64,000 nt of DNA, taken from Candidatus Woesearchaeota archaeon. GTDB taxonomy: Archaea; Nanobdellota; Nanobdellia; Woesearchaeales; GW2011-AR4. A program made the position numbers and the translations under genes. The notes beneath the pieces were generated by a model that was not told where the DNA came from, searched no databases, and saw only the letters and a program-made list of their open reading frames with translations. Positions 52,356-61,995 of this stretch are shown here, in pieces; position 1 is the first letter of the stretch, and every line of letters begins with the position of its first letter. The DNA lies in contig JACPIE010000028.1 in the NCBI GenBank assembly GCA_016188245.1, forward strand, positions 5,704 through 69,703. Direction: 5' to 3'.

Positions 52356-53347
52356 TTGAGCTTAAAAAACCAAGCGCCAAAAGCAAGATAGAGGCAATCA
52401 TATTCTCCACAGGGCACAGAATCAGCCTGGATGAGCTCAGCAAGCTGAGCCGCTCAAGAAAAGAAGATGTTCTTGCTGCATTAAAGGAGCTCCAAAAGGA
52501 ATATGAGGAAAAGCAATCATCATTAATGCTTGTTGAGGAAGGCGATTTCTGGAAATTCACAGTCAAAGACCATTTTATCCCCATGGTGAGAAAAATAGTC
52601 ACTGAAACAGAGCTTACAAAAAGCGTGCTTGAGACATTGGCGGTAATAGCATTTAAATATCCAATCCTGCAGTCTGACATGATAAAGATAAGGACGAACA
52701 AGGCATATGACCACCTTGTTGAGCTGGAGAAGTCCGGCTATATCTCAAGGCAGAAGCACGGCAGGACAAACCTGATTAAGCTGACAGACAAGTTCTTCAA
52801 ATACTTTGACCTGACAGAGGATAAGCTCAAGGAGCAGTTTAAAGATTTTGGAAGCATAGCCAAAGCCATCAAGGATAAAGAGGAAGAAGTTGAAAAAATC
52901 AAGGAAGAGCAAAGAAGCAGGGCGGAGGAGCTCAAGAAACAGGACGAGACCATAAAGAAAGAGATTGAATCGCTTGATGAATCCGGAGAAGAATTTGAAG
53001 TTCCGCTTGAGACTTACAAAGCGAAGCAAAAAGAAAACGTTTCAGAGGAATTTGAGCAGGAAGGAAGCCTAATTCTTGAAAAGCAGAAGCTCGGAGAGAT
53101 GGAAATTGTTGATGAGGAAAAACAAAAAATAAAAAAAGAGCAACAAGCTCAGGAAAAAGCAGAAATGCAGCAGGAGCAGGAAACAGCCGAGACCCATCCG
53201 GCTTTTGAAAAACAGGAAAAAGCCCGAAAGAAGCATGCAAAAAAGAGCGAAGGAATCAAGATGACTCCTGAAATGGAAAAGGCTGCCGATGATAAAGTCA
53301 ATGAGATGCTAGGGGCAGCAAAAGAAGAAAATAAAGAAAACCAATAA
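52352..53347 (+). CDS. scpB: Segregation and condensation protein B-like, with long K/E-rich tail
   Basis: KIEAIIFSTGHRISLDELSKLS and a second wHTH LETLAVIAFKYPILQSDMIKIR match the ScpB tandem winged helices. Confidence 0.7.
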   Translation: MIELKKPSAKSKIEAIIFSTGHRISLDELSKLSRSRKEDVLAALKELQKEYEEKQSSLMLVEEGDFWKFTVKDHFIPMVRKIVTETELTKSVLETLAVIAFKYPILQSDMIKIRTNKAYDHLVELEKSGYISRQKHGRTNLIKLTDKFFKYFDLTEDKLKEQFKDFGSIAKAIKDKEEEVEKIKEEQRSRAEELKKQDETIKKEIESLDESGEEFEVPLETYKAKQKENVSEEFEQEGSLILEKQKLGEMEIVDEEKQKIKKEQQAQEKAEMQQEQETAETHPAFEKQEKARKKHAKKSEGIKMTPEMEKAADDKVNEMLGAAKEENKENQ

Positions 53348-53348
53348 A

Positions 53349-53489
53349 ATGTTTCTTCTCCAATGCCCGAAATGCAAAAACAAAATGAAATATCAAAGTA
53401 AGGATATTTATTTAACCAGCAAAAAGAAAAAATGCGTTTATTGCGGGTTCTCAATAAGTGTCAGCAAGGCAATTGTGAGGAAGGTTTAA
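53349..53489 (+). CDS. Small zinc-ribbon protein (46 aa), below the ORF-track cutoff
   Basis: ATG 53349, TAA 53487-53489; MFLLQCPKCKNKMKYQSKDIYLTSKKKKCVYCGFSISVSKAIVRKV has CxxC..CxxC. Confidence 0.35.
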   Translation: MFLLQCPKCKNKMKYQSKDIYLTSKKKKCVYCGFSISVSKAIVRKV

Positions 53490-53605
53490 CTTTGTTTTCC
53501 ATATTGAAGTTTTCCATATAGACAACAATACAAAAACGTAACTCTTATAAAGCATAAAATACACCATTTTGTAGACGATAAAATGGTTTTGACATTCTCA
53601 CAAAA

Positions 53606-56600
53606 ATGACAGAGGAAACAGTGCAAAAATCAGGCACAAGAATAGTGCCAAGAGTCATCCAGGAAGAGATGAAGCAGAGCTACCTTGATTATTCAATGTC
53701 TGTTATTGTAGGGAGGGCACTGCCTGACGTGAGGGACGGATTAAAGCCCGTCCACAGAAGAGTGCTTTTTACGATGTGGGATATTGGATTGACTCATGAC
53801 AAGCAATTCAAAAAATCCGCCAATGTTGTCGGAAACTGCATGGCGCGTTTTCATCCGCATGGCGATTCGGCAATTTATGATACGCTTGTCCGCTTAGCCC
53901 AGGATTTTTCTATGAGGTATCCTTTGATTGACGGGCAGGGAAATTTTGGTTGTTTTACAGCTGATACAAAAGTCAAGCTGACTGACGGAAGAGATATAAC
54001 TTTTACAGAATTAATAGAAGAGCATAAACAGGGAAAAAGGAATTTTACATTTACCATCGACGAAAAAGGATTTGTTAAAATAGCAGAGATAAAAAACCCA
54101 AGACTAACTAAAAAGGATCAGAAATTAATGAAAGTTGTCCTTGATAATGGGGAGGAAATTAAATGCACTTTGAATCATAAATTTATGTTGAGGAACGGCG
54201 CATATAAAGAAGCTCAGGATCTAAAGCACGGTGATTCCTTAATGCCGCTTAACTTAAGATTTTCTACCAAAGAAGATGCTATAAAACCAGAGCTTGTTGG
54301 TTATCAAATGATTCATCAACCAAATGTAGATGAATGGACTGGTGTCCATGTTCTTGCTGATGAATGGAATTTAGAGCATGGAGTATATGCAAGAAGTTCA
54401 GGAAAAATAAGGCATCACATGGATTTTAACAAATTGAACAACAGCCCAGACAATTTAGTCAGAATGCAATGGAAAGACCATTGGAAATTACATGCAGAAC
54501 ACGCTTCACATCTTCATAATAATCCAGAATATCGTAAAAAGATATCTGAAGGAAGGAAAAAATATTGGTCTGCAAAAGAGAACAGGGAAAAAGCAGCCAA
54601 GATACTTTCTGACGGAAATAAGCAAAACTGGAAGGATGCAAATTACAGGAATTTAATGATAAAAATGTTAAGTGAAATTAATATTGAACACTACAAAAAA
54701 CATCCTGAACTAAGAAAAGTCATTAGTAACAGATTAAAAAATTTATGGAAAAATGAAGAATATCAAAGGTTAATGAGTACATTTAAGTCGAAAGAAACGA
54801 AGGAGAGATGGAAAAATAAAGACCCGTCTTTAAGAAAATTTACATCTGAAGAATCCAAAAAGATATGGTCTAATCCTAGGCATAGAGAATTTGTTTCTAG
54901 CCTAATGAAAGAAATTTGGCAGAATGAGGGATATAGAATTAGGATGGGCAAAGAGTCAAAGGAAAGATGGGAAGATGCCACATATCGCTCGAAATTTAAT
55001 CAAAATCATTTTCAAAATCATTTTAGTCAAATGGCAAAAAAATTGTGGACAGATCCAAATATACATAAACTACATAGTGAAAAAACATCACTTCAATGGA
55101 AAAATCCTGAATTCCGTGAAAAAATTATTAGCCAAGTAAAAAAAAGCAACGAACAACGACTGCAAAAAGATCCAGATTATATGAAAAAATTAGCAAAGAA
55201 AGCCAGTATGTCATTAAGAGAAAGATGGCAACATACACACTATAAAAAAAAAATCATAAAAAATAAGATTTTGGGTTATGTCAATTCCCTCAATAAAAAA
55301 TATGCAGAAATAACACCTGAAATTTACGAAAAAGAAAGGTACAATAACAGTATTCCAAGAATCAGCACTGCCCTAAAATATTTTGATAATTTCTTTGATA
55401 TGGTTAAACAAGCAGAGACCTATAACCATAAGGTTTTGTATGTTGAAATTCTTACAAAAAACGAAGATGTTTATGATTTGACTGTAGCAGAAACCCATAA
55501 TTTTGCCCTTAGTGCTGGAGTTTTTGTACATAATTCTGTTGACGGGGATCCGGCAGCCGCAATGCGCTACACAGAATGCCGCCTGACCAAGCTGTCAGAA
55601 GAGATGCTTGAAGATATCGATAAAAAAACAGTCAGGTTCATTTCAAACTTTGACAGCAGCACGACTGAGCCGATTGTGCTGCCTTCCAAGCTTCCCAATC
55701 TCCTTATCAACGGCAGCTCGGGAATTGCAGTCGGCATGGCGACAAACATGCCACCAAACAATGTCGGCGAAATTATCGATGCAGTTACTATGCAAATATC
55801 CAATCCTGAAATAGGAATTAACGAAATATTAAACATAGTCCGGGGGCCTGATTTTCCCACAGGCGCATTAATATGCGGAAAAAACGGCATCAGGGAAGCC
55901 TACTCAACCGGAAGAGGCAAGATTCTCGTAAGGGCAAAAACCACAATTGAACAGGACAAAAATAAATCAACAATCATCGTGAACGAAATACCATTCATGG
56001 TGAATAAGTCAGAGCTGCTTGAAGAGATAGCTGACATGGTAAGGGACAAGAAAGTAATAGGGATTTCTGATTTGAGGGATGAAAGCGACAGGCATGGAAT
56101 AAGGATTGTGATTGAGCTGAAAAAAGATGCTGATGCCAATGTGGTCCTTAACCAGCTGTTTGAGCATTCAAGGCTGCAGACAACTTTCGGAATCATAATG
56201 CTTGCCCTTGTGAGCAATGAGCCAAAAATCCTCAATATAAAACAGCTGATACATTTTTACATAGAGCACAGGAAGGATGTTGTCAGAAAAAGAACATTGT
56301 TTGACCTAAACAAGGCCCAAACCAGGGTGCATGTTTTGGAAGGGCTGATAATTGCGCTTAGTAACATCAGTAGTGTAATCAAGCTGATTAGGGAAAGCAA
56401 ATCAGTGGAAACAGCGAAAGATGCCCTGGCATCAAGCTTCAACCTTACAAATGAGCAGGCAATTGCAATCCTCGAAATGAGGCTGCAAAGGCTGACTTCC
56501 CTGGAGCAGGAAAAAATAAAGCAGGAGCATTCTGGATTACTGAAGCTCATCGAGGAGCTGGAATCTATATTGTCGAACCCGCAGAAAATATTAGGCATAA

Positions 56601-57643
56601 TCAAAAAAGAGCTTGGAGAGCTGAAGGAAAAGTACAACGATGCAAGAAGAACGCAGGTGATAGAGGCTGAAAATGAGGAGCTTGAGACAGAAGACCTGAT
56701 AAAAGACGAGGAGATGGCAATAACCATAACCAACTCCGGATATATAAAAAGGCTGCCACTGCAGACTTACAAGCTCCAGCACAGGGGAGGCAAAGGCGTC
56801 ATAGCTGCAGCAGCCAAGGAACAAGACATAGTCAAGGACATATTTGTTGCAAGCACACATTCTTACATTCTGGTTTTCACAGACAAAGGAAGGGTGTACT
56901 GGCTGAAAGTGTATAATGTTCCGGAGGCAAGCAGGCAGGCAAGAGGCAAGGCCATTGTGAATATGCTTGAAATGCAGGGCAATGAAAAAGTCACAGCTTT
57001 TGTTCCTGTAAGGAATTTTGACAGCGGAAAATACCTTATCATGTCAACAAAAAAAGGCACTGTAAAGAAAACAGAAATAATGGCTTACAGCAACCCAAGA
57101 AGGCACGGCATAGTTGCAATCACGCTTGAGCAGGGGGATGAGCTGATAAATGTTGAGCTTACTGACGGCAACCAGCAAATAATCCTGGCAACCAAAAACG
57201 GCCTGGCTGTAAGATTTGAGGAAAAAGATGTTAGGGCAACGGGCAGGAGCGCGCAAGGCGTAAGGGGAATATCTTTGAAGGACAATGATGGAGTCATAGG
57301 GATGGTTGTGGCATCTGATGAAACCACCCTTATGAGCGTTACTGAAAACGGGTACGGAAAAAGAACGCCAATTTCCGAGTACAGGCTGATAAATCGAGGA
57401 GGATCAGGAGTTATAAACATCCAATGCAGCGAAAGGAATGGCAAGGTTGTCTCAATCTGCCCTGTGGCAGAAAATGACGACATAATCTTCATAAGCAAGA
57501 ACGGCATTGTCATAAGGGTTTCAGCAGCCGACATTTCAGTCATTGGCAGGAACACCCAAGGCGTCAAAATAATGAAGCTTGATGAAAGCGACAAGGTTGT
57601 GAGCGCTGTAAAGGTGGCTAAAGAGGAAAATAACCACGAGTAA
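53606..57643 (+). CDS. gyrA: DNA gyrase subunit A, interrupted by an intein
   Basis: Extein motifs SMSVIVGRALPDVRDGLKPVHRRVL, HPHGD, PLIDGQGNFG | SVDGDPAAAMRYTE (catalytic Tyr), and a C-terminal beta-pinwheel with repeated G-rich blades. The extein sum is 817 aa. Confidence 0.9.
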   Translation: MTEETVQKSGTRIVPRVIQEEMKQSYLDYSMSVIVGRALPDVRDGLKPVHRRVLFTMWDIGLTHDKQFKKSANVVGNCMARFHPHGDSAIYDTLVRLAQDFSMRYPLIDGQGNFGCFTADTKVKLTDGRDITFTELIEEHKQGKRNFTFTIDEKGFVKIAEIKNPRLTKKDQKLMKVVLDNGEEIKCTLNHKFMLRNGAYKEAQDLKHGDSLMPLNLRFSTKEDAIKPELVGYQMIHQPNVDEWTGVHVLADEWNLEHGVYARSSGKIRHHMDFNKLNNSPDNLVRMQWKDHWKLHAEHASHLHNNPEYRKKISEGRKKYWSAKENREKAAKILSDGNKQNWKDANYRNLMIKMLSEINIEHYKKHPELRKVISNRLKNLWKNEEYQRLMSTFKSKETKERWKNKDPSLRKFTSEESKKIWSNPRHREFVSSLMKEIWQNEGYRIRMGKESKERWEDATYRSKFNQNHFQNHFSQMAKKLWTDPNIHKLHSEKTSLQWKNPEFREKIISQVKKSNEQRLQKDPDYMKKLAKKASMSLRERWQHTHYKKKIIKNKILGYVNSLNKKYAEITPEIYEKERYNNSIPRISTALKYFDNFFDMVKQAETYNHKVLYVEILTKNEDVYDLTVAETHNFALSAGVFVHNSVDGDPAAAMRYTECRLTKLSEEMLEDIDKKTVRFISNFDSSTTEPIVLPSKLPNLLINGSSGIAVGMATNMPPNNVGEIIDAVTMQISNPEIGINEILNIVRGPDFPTGALICGKNGIREAYSTGRGKILVRAKTTIEQDKNKSTIIVNEIPFMVNKSELLEEIADMVRDKKVIGISDLRDESDRHGIRIVIELKKDADANVVLNQLFEHSRLQTTFGIIMLALVSNEPKILNIKQLIHFYIEHRKDVVRKRTLFDLNKAQTRVHVLEGLIIALSNISSVIKLIRESKSVETAKDALASSFNLTNEQAIAILEMRLQRLTSLEQEKIKQEHSGLLKLIEELESILSNPQKILGIIKKELGELKEKYNDARRTQVIEAENEELETEDLIKDEEMAITITNSGYIKRLPLQTYKLQHRGGKGVIAAAAKEQDIVKDIFVASTHSYILVFTDKGRVYWLKVYNVPEASRQARGKAIVNMLEMQGNEKVTAFVPVRNFDSGKYLIMSTKKGTVKKTEIMAYSNPRRHGIVAITLEQGDELINVELTDGNQQIILATKNGLAVRFEEKDVRATGRSAQGVRGISLKDNDGVIGMVVASDETTLMSVTENGYGKRTPISEYRLINRGGSGVINIQCSERNGKVVSICPVAENDDIIFISKNGIVIRVSAADISVIGRNTQGVKIMKLDESDKVVSAVKVAKEENNHE
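53951..55534 (+). mobile_element. Intein (528 aa) with HNH-type endonuclease motif and NUMOD3-like repeat array
   Basis: Begins CFTADTKVKLTDG (block A, Cys1) and ends VYDLTVAETHNFALSAGVFVHN, followed by Ser+1. The interior has HHMDFNKLNNSPDNL..H..H and about 10 repeats of the type W-x-[ND]-P-E-[YF]-R / S-x-E-[ST]-K-x-x-W. Confidence 0.85.
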
Positions 57644-57686
57644 AAAAATCCAAACTTATTTATACACCTTAAATTTGATTTCTGTT

Positions 57687-58946
57687 ATGAAAAATGTTAA
57701 TGCAGTGCTTGATGAAGCCCTTACAGGCATCCAGCCGGACAAAAATTACGAGAAAGAAATATTCGAGAAGCTCAGCCTGATAATAAAAAAAATAAACCAT
57801 AACCAGAAAAGCATCAAGGCAGTCCTCGGCGGCTCCGGGGCAAAAGGGACATGGCTCAAAACTTTCGATGCGGACATATTTGTCCTGTTCAATTACGGCA
57901 GATTCAAGGGCAAAAGCGACAAACTTTCAGATATCCTGGAAAAAATGCTGAAAAGGAAATTCAAGAATATTGCAAGGCTCCATGGCTCTAGGGACTATTT
58001 CCAAATTAACCAGGGAAAATTCACTTTTGAAATTGTGCCGATATTAAGGATAACAAGGGCAGAGCAGGCAAAAAACATAACTGACGTGAGCCCGCTGCAC
58101 TCGAACTGGGTTAAAAAGCACAAAAAACTGGTTGATGACATCAAGCTGACAAAGCAGTTTTGCCAGGCCCGGGGAATTTACGGGGCAGAAAGCTATATAA
58201 TGGGATTTTCAGGATATGTGTGCGAAATCCTGACAGTTTATTACGGCTCATTTCTTAGCCTGATAAAAAATGCCGCGAAATGGCAGGACAAAACAGTTGT
58301 GGATGCGCAAAAATATTACAAGGGGAAGGATGTTTTCAGGCTTGTCAACACGTCAAAGCTGGCCTCTCCGCTTATAGTCATAGACCCTGTCCAAAAAGAC
58401 AGGAACGCTGCAGCAGCCCTGAGCCGGGAAAAATTCGAGGCCTTCAGGAAAGCGGCAAATGAATTTTTAAAAAAGCCATCAAGAAATTTTTTCATTAAAA
58501 AGGACATGAAATCTGCATTTTTAGAAGAAAAATCAAAAAATACCAAGCTCATAGCAGTCAATGCAGGGCCTTTGCCGGGGAAAACAGATGTCATCGGCAG
58601 CAAACTGCTGAAGATTTATGAATTTTTAAAAGAGCAGCTGCAAAAAAACGGATTTAAGCCAATCAAGTCCGGCTGGGAATGGGACAAGAAAAACGAAGCC
58701 GTTTTCTATTTTATTTTAGATAAAATGCCTTTGCCAAAAACTGCCGAGGCAGAGGGCCCCCCGCTTAAGATGGAGCAGCATGCTGAAAATTTCAGGAAGA
58801 TTCACAGGAAAACATTTGTAAAAAACAACAAGATTTATGCAATTGAAAACAGGGAGTTTACATTGCCGGAGCAGTTAGTCAAAAACCTGATAAAAAATCG
58901 ATTTATCATAGAAAGGGCAAAACATATTAAAATAAAAATTCTCTAA
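57687..58946 (+). CDS. cca: CCA-adding tRNA nucleotidyltransferase (archaeal class I)
   Basis: LGGSGAKGTWLKTFDADIFVLF is the class I NTase motif. Track start is TTG; ATG is at 57687. Confidence 0.85.
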   Translation: MKNVNAVLDEALTGIQPDKNYEKEIFEKLSLIIKKINHNQKSIKAVLGGSGAKGTWLKTFDADIFVLFNYGRFKGKSDKLSDILEKMLKRKFKNIARLHGSRDYFQINQGKFTFEIVPILRITRAEQAKNITDVSPLHSNWVKKHKKLVDDIKLTKQFCQARGIYGAESYIMGFSGYVCEILTVYYGSFLSLIKNAAKWQDKTVVDAQKYYKGKDVFRLVNTSKLASPLIVIDPVQKDRNAAAALSREKFEAFRKAANEFLKKPSRNFFIKKDMKSAFLEEKSKNTKLIAVNAGPLPGKTDVIGSKLLKIYEFLKEQLQKNGFKPIKSGWEWDKKNEAVFYFILDKMPLPKTAEAEGPPLKMEQHAENFRKIHRKTFVKNNKIYAIENREFTLPEQLVKNLIKNRFIIERAKHIKIKIL

Positions 58947-58947
58947 A

Positions 58948-59922
58948 ATGCAGGCAGTTATCTTGGCAGCAGGAAAATCAACAAGAGCATACCCTTTAAC
59001 ACTCACAAGGCCAAAGCCCCTGCTTAAAGCCGCCAACAGGACTTTGCTGGAGCATAATCTGGACAGCCTAAGCGGCACTGCGGATGAGGCCATAATTGTC
59101 GTAGGCTACAAAAAAAGCATGATTAGAAGGCACATCGGAAACAAATACAAATCCATAAAAATCAGGTATGTCGGGCAGAAACAGCAGCTGGGGACGGCAC
59201 ACGCAGTTTCCTTAGCCAGGCGCCTCATCAAAGATAGGTTTATTTTGCTGATGGGCGATGACATTTATCCAAAAGAAGACATAAGAAAATGCACACGCCA
59301 CAGGTATTCAATACTGGCAGCAAGAATAAAGAACCCGCAGAATTTTGGGGTCATAACAGAAAAAAACGGATTTTTGGCTGATTTTGCCGAGAAGCCGAAA
59401 AAATTTGTTTCAAGCCTGGCCAGCACTGCGCTTTATTCCCTGGATAAAAAAATATTCATCCATATAAAAAAGATAAAAAAATCAAACAGGGAAGAATTTG
59501 AGCTTCCGGATGCCATCAAACTGCTTGCCAAGGAAGAAAATATAAGTATTGTAAAAACAAGCAAATGGCTTCCGGTCGGCAATGCGTCTGATTTGCTGGA
59601 AGCTGACAGGATATTAAGAAAAAATAAAAATAAATTAGGCAAAAATTCCAAAATCTCCGGGAACATAAAAAACTCAAGCATTGGGAACGGCTGCATCATA
59701 ATGGGCAATGTCAAAAACTCGATAATAATGGACAAGGCGATAATTGGCAAAAACTCAACTGTTGAAAACTCAGTTATAGGCGAGAATGCCCATGTTAACG
59801 GCAGGGCATTGAACTGCATAATGGCAGACAACACCAAGATAAGCAATTCAATTGTTAAAAACTGCAGGATATGGCCGAATAAGTCTATTGCAAACAAAAT
59901 AATCCAGAATGATGTGAAATGA
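58948..59922 (+). CDS. Sugar-1-phosphate nucleotidyltransferase with C-terminal left-handed beta-helix (GlmU/RmlA-like)
   Basis: MQAVILAAGKSTRAYPLTLTRPKPLL N-terminus and a hexapeptide-repeat C-terminus. Confidence 0.75.
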   Translation: MQAVILAAGKSTRAYPLTLTRPKPLLKAANRTLLEHNLDSLSGTADEAIIVVGYKKSMIRRHIGNKYKSIKIRYVGQKQQLGTAHAVSLARRLIKDRFILLMGDDIYPKEDIRKCTRHRYSILAARIKNPQNFGVITEKNGFLADFAEKPKKFVSSLASTALYSLDKKIFIHIKKIKKSNREEFELPDAIKLLAKEENISIVKTSKWLPVGNASDLLEADRILRKNKNKLGKNSKISGNIKNSSIGNGCIIMGNVKNSIIMDKAIIGKNSTVENSVIGENAHVNGRALNCIMADNTKISNSIVKNCRIWPNKSIANKIIQNDVK

Positions 59923-60533
59923 TTGTAGAAAAAATAATTGAGTATATAGTGCTTGGCATGTCGGCATTCGGGTATTTTGGCCTGTTCATACTTATGGCTC
60001 TGGAAAGCATGATAGCCCCTGTGCCGAGCGAGGTTGTCATGCCGTTTGCAGGCTACCTGGCCCTGCAGGGAAGATTTAGCTTCTGGACAGCTGCTTTTGT
60101 CAGCGGCCTTGGCTCCGTTTTCGGATCTTTGGCATCGTACTACATGGGAAGCTATCTTGGGCGCCCATTTATTCTTAAATTCGGAAGATATCTGCTTTTG
60201 GAAGAGGAGCACCTTGACTGGACTGAGAAATGGTTTAAAAAACAAGGCGACAAAACAATTTTCATAAGCAGATTTGTCCCTGTTGTGAGGCATTTGATAT
60301 CAATACCGGCAGGCATCGCAAAGATGCCCATGAAAAAATTTGCAGGATACACTCTCATTGGAGCCACTATGTGGAATATTATATTGCTTTATGCGGGCTA
60401 TAAACTAGGCTCGCATTGGGACAAAATCCACCAGTACTCAAAGCAGCTTGACATTGTGTTTATTGCAGCCGTTGCTTTGTTTTTAGCTTACTTTGTATGG
60501 AAGCACCATAAAAAAAATGAAAAAACCAAATGA
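59919..60533 (+). CDS. DedA family membrane protein
   Basis: ESMIAPVPSEVVMPFAGYL and FISRFVPVVRHLISIPAG. ATGA overlap with the upstream gene. Confidence 0.75.
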   Translation: MIVEKIIEYIVLGMSAFGYFGLFILMALESMIAPVPSEVVMPFAGYLALQGRFSFWTAAFVSGLGSVFGSLASYYMGSYLGRPFILKFGRYLLLEEEHLDWTEKWFKKQGDKTIFISRFVPVVRHLISIPAGIAKMPMKKFAGYTLIGATMWNIILLYAGYKLGSHWDKIHQYSKQLDIVFIAAVALFLAYFVWKHHKKNEKTK

Positions 60534-61080
60534 CGCCGCAATACTTATAATTGGAATCATCATATTTGCCATTTCATACAGCATTGACAATCAGGCAAGC
60601 GCATTTTTTAAAGAAGCAAAATTCCCGCTTTTTGATGCCGTGTTCAGCACTATAACTAATTTCGGAGTTGTCCTGATCGTGATGCTTGCAATCCCGTCAA
60701 TCATGATTTACAAGAAAAAAAGAAAACTGGCCTACCTGCTGCTGGCGGCTTTCTTCATCTCTTTTGCGCTGGCATTTGTTTTGAAATTGGCATTCCTGAG
60801 GCAGCGGCCCATAGACGCGTTTACATACCCATTTACCGGCATCATAAATTATTCTTTTCCAAGCATGCATGCAATGGTTGTTTTCGCATTGCTGCCGATT
60901 CTGGCCAAATATCTGCAAAAACAAAGAACTTTTTGGCTTTCATTCGCTTTTTTGGCTGTTTTTAGCAGAATTTACCTCGGTTTTCATTTTTTAAGCGATG
61001 TTGTGTTTGGGGCATTATCGGGATACTTCATCGGCACATGTTTGCTCAGATATTCAGAAAATAAAAAATGGCTGAAATAA
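60517..61080 (+). CDS. PAP2 family phosphatase (polyprenyl-diphosphate / phosphatidate phosphatase type)
   Basis: KLAFLRQRP, PSMHA and SRIYLGFHFLSDV form the three PAP2 motifs. Start set to ATG 60517. Confidence 0.75.
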   Translation: MKKPNDAAILIIGIIIFAISYSIDNQASAFFKEAKFPLFDAVFSTITNFGVVLIVMLAIPSIMIYKKKRKLAYLLLAAFFISFALAFVLKLAFLRQRPIDAFTYPFTGIINYSFPSMHAMVVFALLPILAKYLQKQRTFWLSFAFLAVFSRIYLGFHFLSDVVFGALSGYFIGTCLLRYSENKKWLK

Positions 61081-61661
61081 ACAAGTTTGAATTTGGCAGG
61101 CAGCTTTTTCATATATTTCTTGGAGTATTTATCGTGATTTTATTGATGTATAACCTCATTGGCAAAAACACGATATTGGCGGCTGTAATAATCGGATTGG
61201 CGCTCTCTTACCTGAGCAAAAAAGCCAAAATTCCGGCAATTTACCAATTGCTTCAAAAATTTGAGAGAAAAAAAGAAATCAAAAAATTTCCAGGAAAGGG
61301 ATTAATATTTTACCTAATTGGGGCTTATATCTCCCTATCCTTCTTTCCAAAAGACATTGCAATGGCTTCAATAATGGTGCTCGCCCTTGGGGATTCATTT
61401 TCCCACCTGTTTGGAATTCATTACGGCAAAACAAAGCACCCATTGTCAAAAACAAAATTTCTGGAAGGAACAATTGCCGGATTTGCAGCAGGATTCCTCG
61501 GCGCTTTGGTGTTCTTGCCGTGGCACGAGGCATTTTTTGCTTCGCTTGCAGCAATGCTGGCCGAAGCAATGGATATTCAGCTAGGCACCCATCAGGCTGA
61601 TGACAACCTGATTGTGCCTTTTGTGGCAGGGGCTGCGGTTTGGATTGTCAGGATGGCTTAA
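61068..61661 (+). CDS. Polyprenol/dolichol kinase-like membrane protein (paralog of 44700-45308)
   Basis: ALGDSFSHLFGIHYGKTKHPLSKTKFLEGTIAGF is the same motif architecture as 44700-45308. Confidence 0.5.
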   Translation: MAEINKFEFGRQLFHIFLGVFIVILLMYNLIGKNTILAAVIIGLALSYLSKKAKIPAIYQLLQKFERKKEIKKFPGKGLIFYLIGAYISLSFFPKDIAMASIMVLALGDSFSHLFGIHYGKTKHPLSKTKFLEGTIAGFAAGFLGALVFLPWHEAFFASLAAMLAEAMDIQLGTHQADDNLIVPFVAGAAVWIVRMA

Positions 61662-61809
61662 ACGAAAGAATGATATACTCGTTCTCTCAAGAGCATAGTA
61701 CATGGTTAAAGATGCGTGTGAAGGAAGAATTTGCTTTTATAAAATAGGATACTCTCTCAGATTTTTAAATATCGAAATTCCACTTATGTCATGAAAATCA
61801 AAGATTCAG

Positions 61810-61855
61810 CGAAAATCATAGATTTTCGAGGTGATCGAAAACTTATAGTTTTCGA
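61810..61855. promoter_or_regulatory. Two adjacent 8-bp-arm palindromes upstream of the AAA+ activator gene (candidate operator or RNA hairpins)
   Basis: CGAAAATC-ATA-GATTTTCG (61810-61828) and TCGAAAAC-TTATA-GTTTTCGA (61835-61855), about 140-185 nt upstream of the ATG at 61996. Confidence 0.3.
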
Positions 61856-61995
61856 CATTCGAGTGTGCTCGGAAATCGCTTTGTGATTCGCCGGCATATG
61901 GCTGGCGGTTTTTGACACTTGATAAACAATGCAATGACTTAAAAGTGGTGAAAGAACAGAAAGATTTAAAAATTTGAAGTGAAAATAACAATAAA

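Noticed and set aside
53606-57643. gyrA without an adjacent gyrB, as a possible sign of a degenerate or orphan gyrase.
   Set aside because: The gyrase subunit genes are often unlinked. The extein is full length with an intact catalytic Tyr region, so absence of gyrB from this window means nothing without the rest of the genome.
61890-61925. TGGCTGGCGGTTTTTGAC upstream of the NtrC-like gene, as a possible sigma54 -24/-12 promoter.
   Set aside because: The GG to GC spacing does not fit TGGCAC-N5-TTGCW from either TGGC, and the -12 element reads TTGA rather than TTGC.
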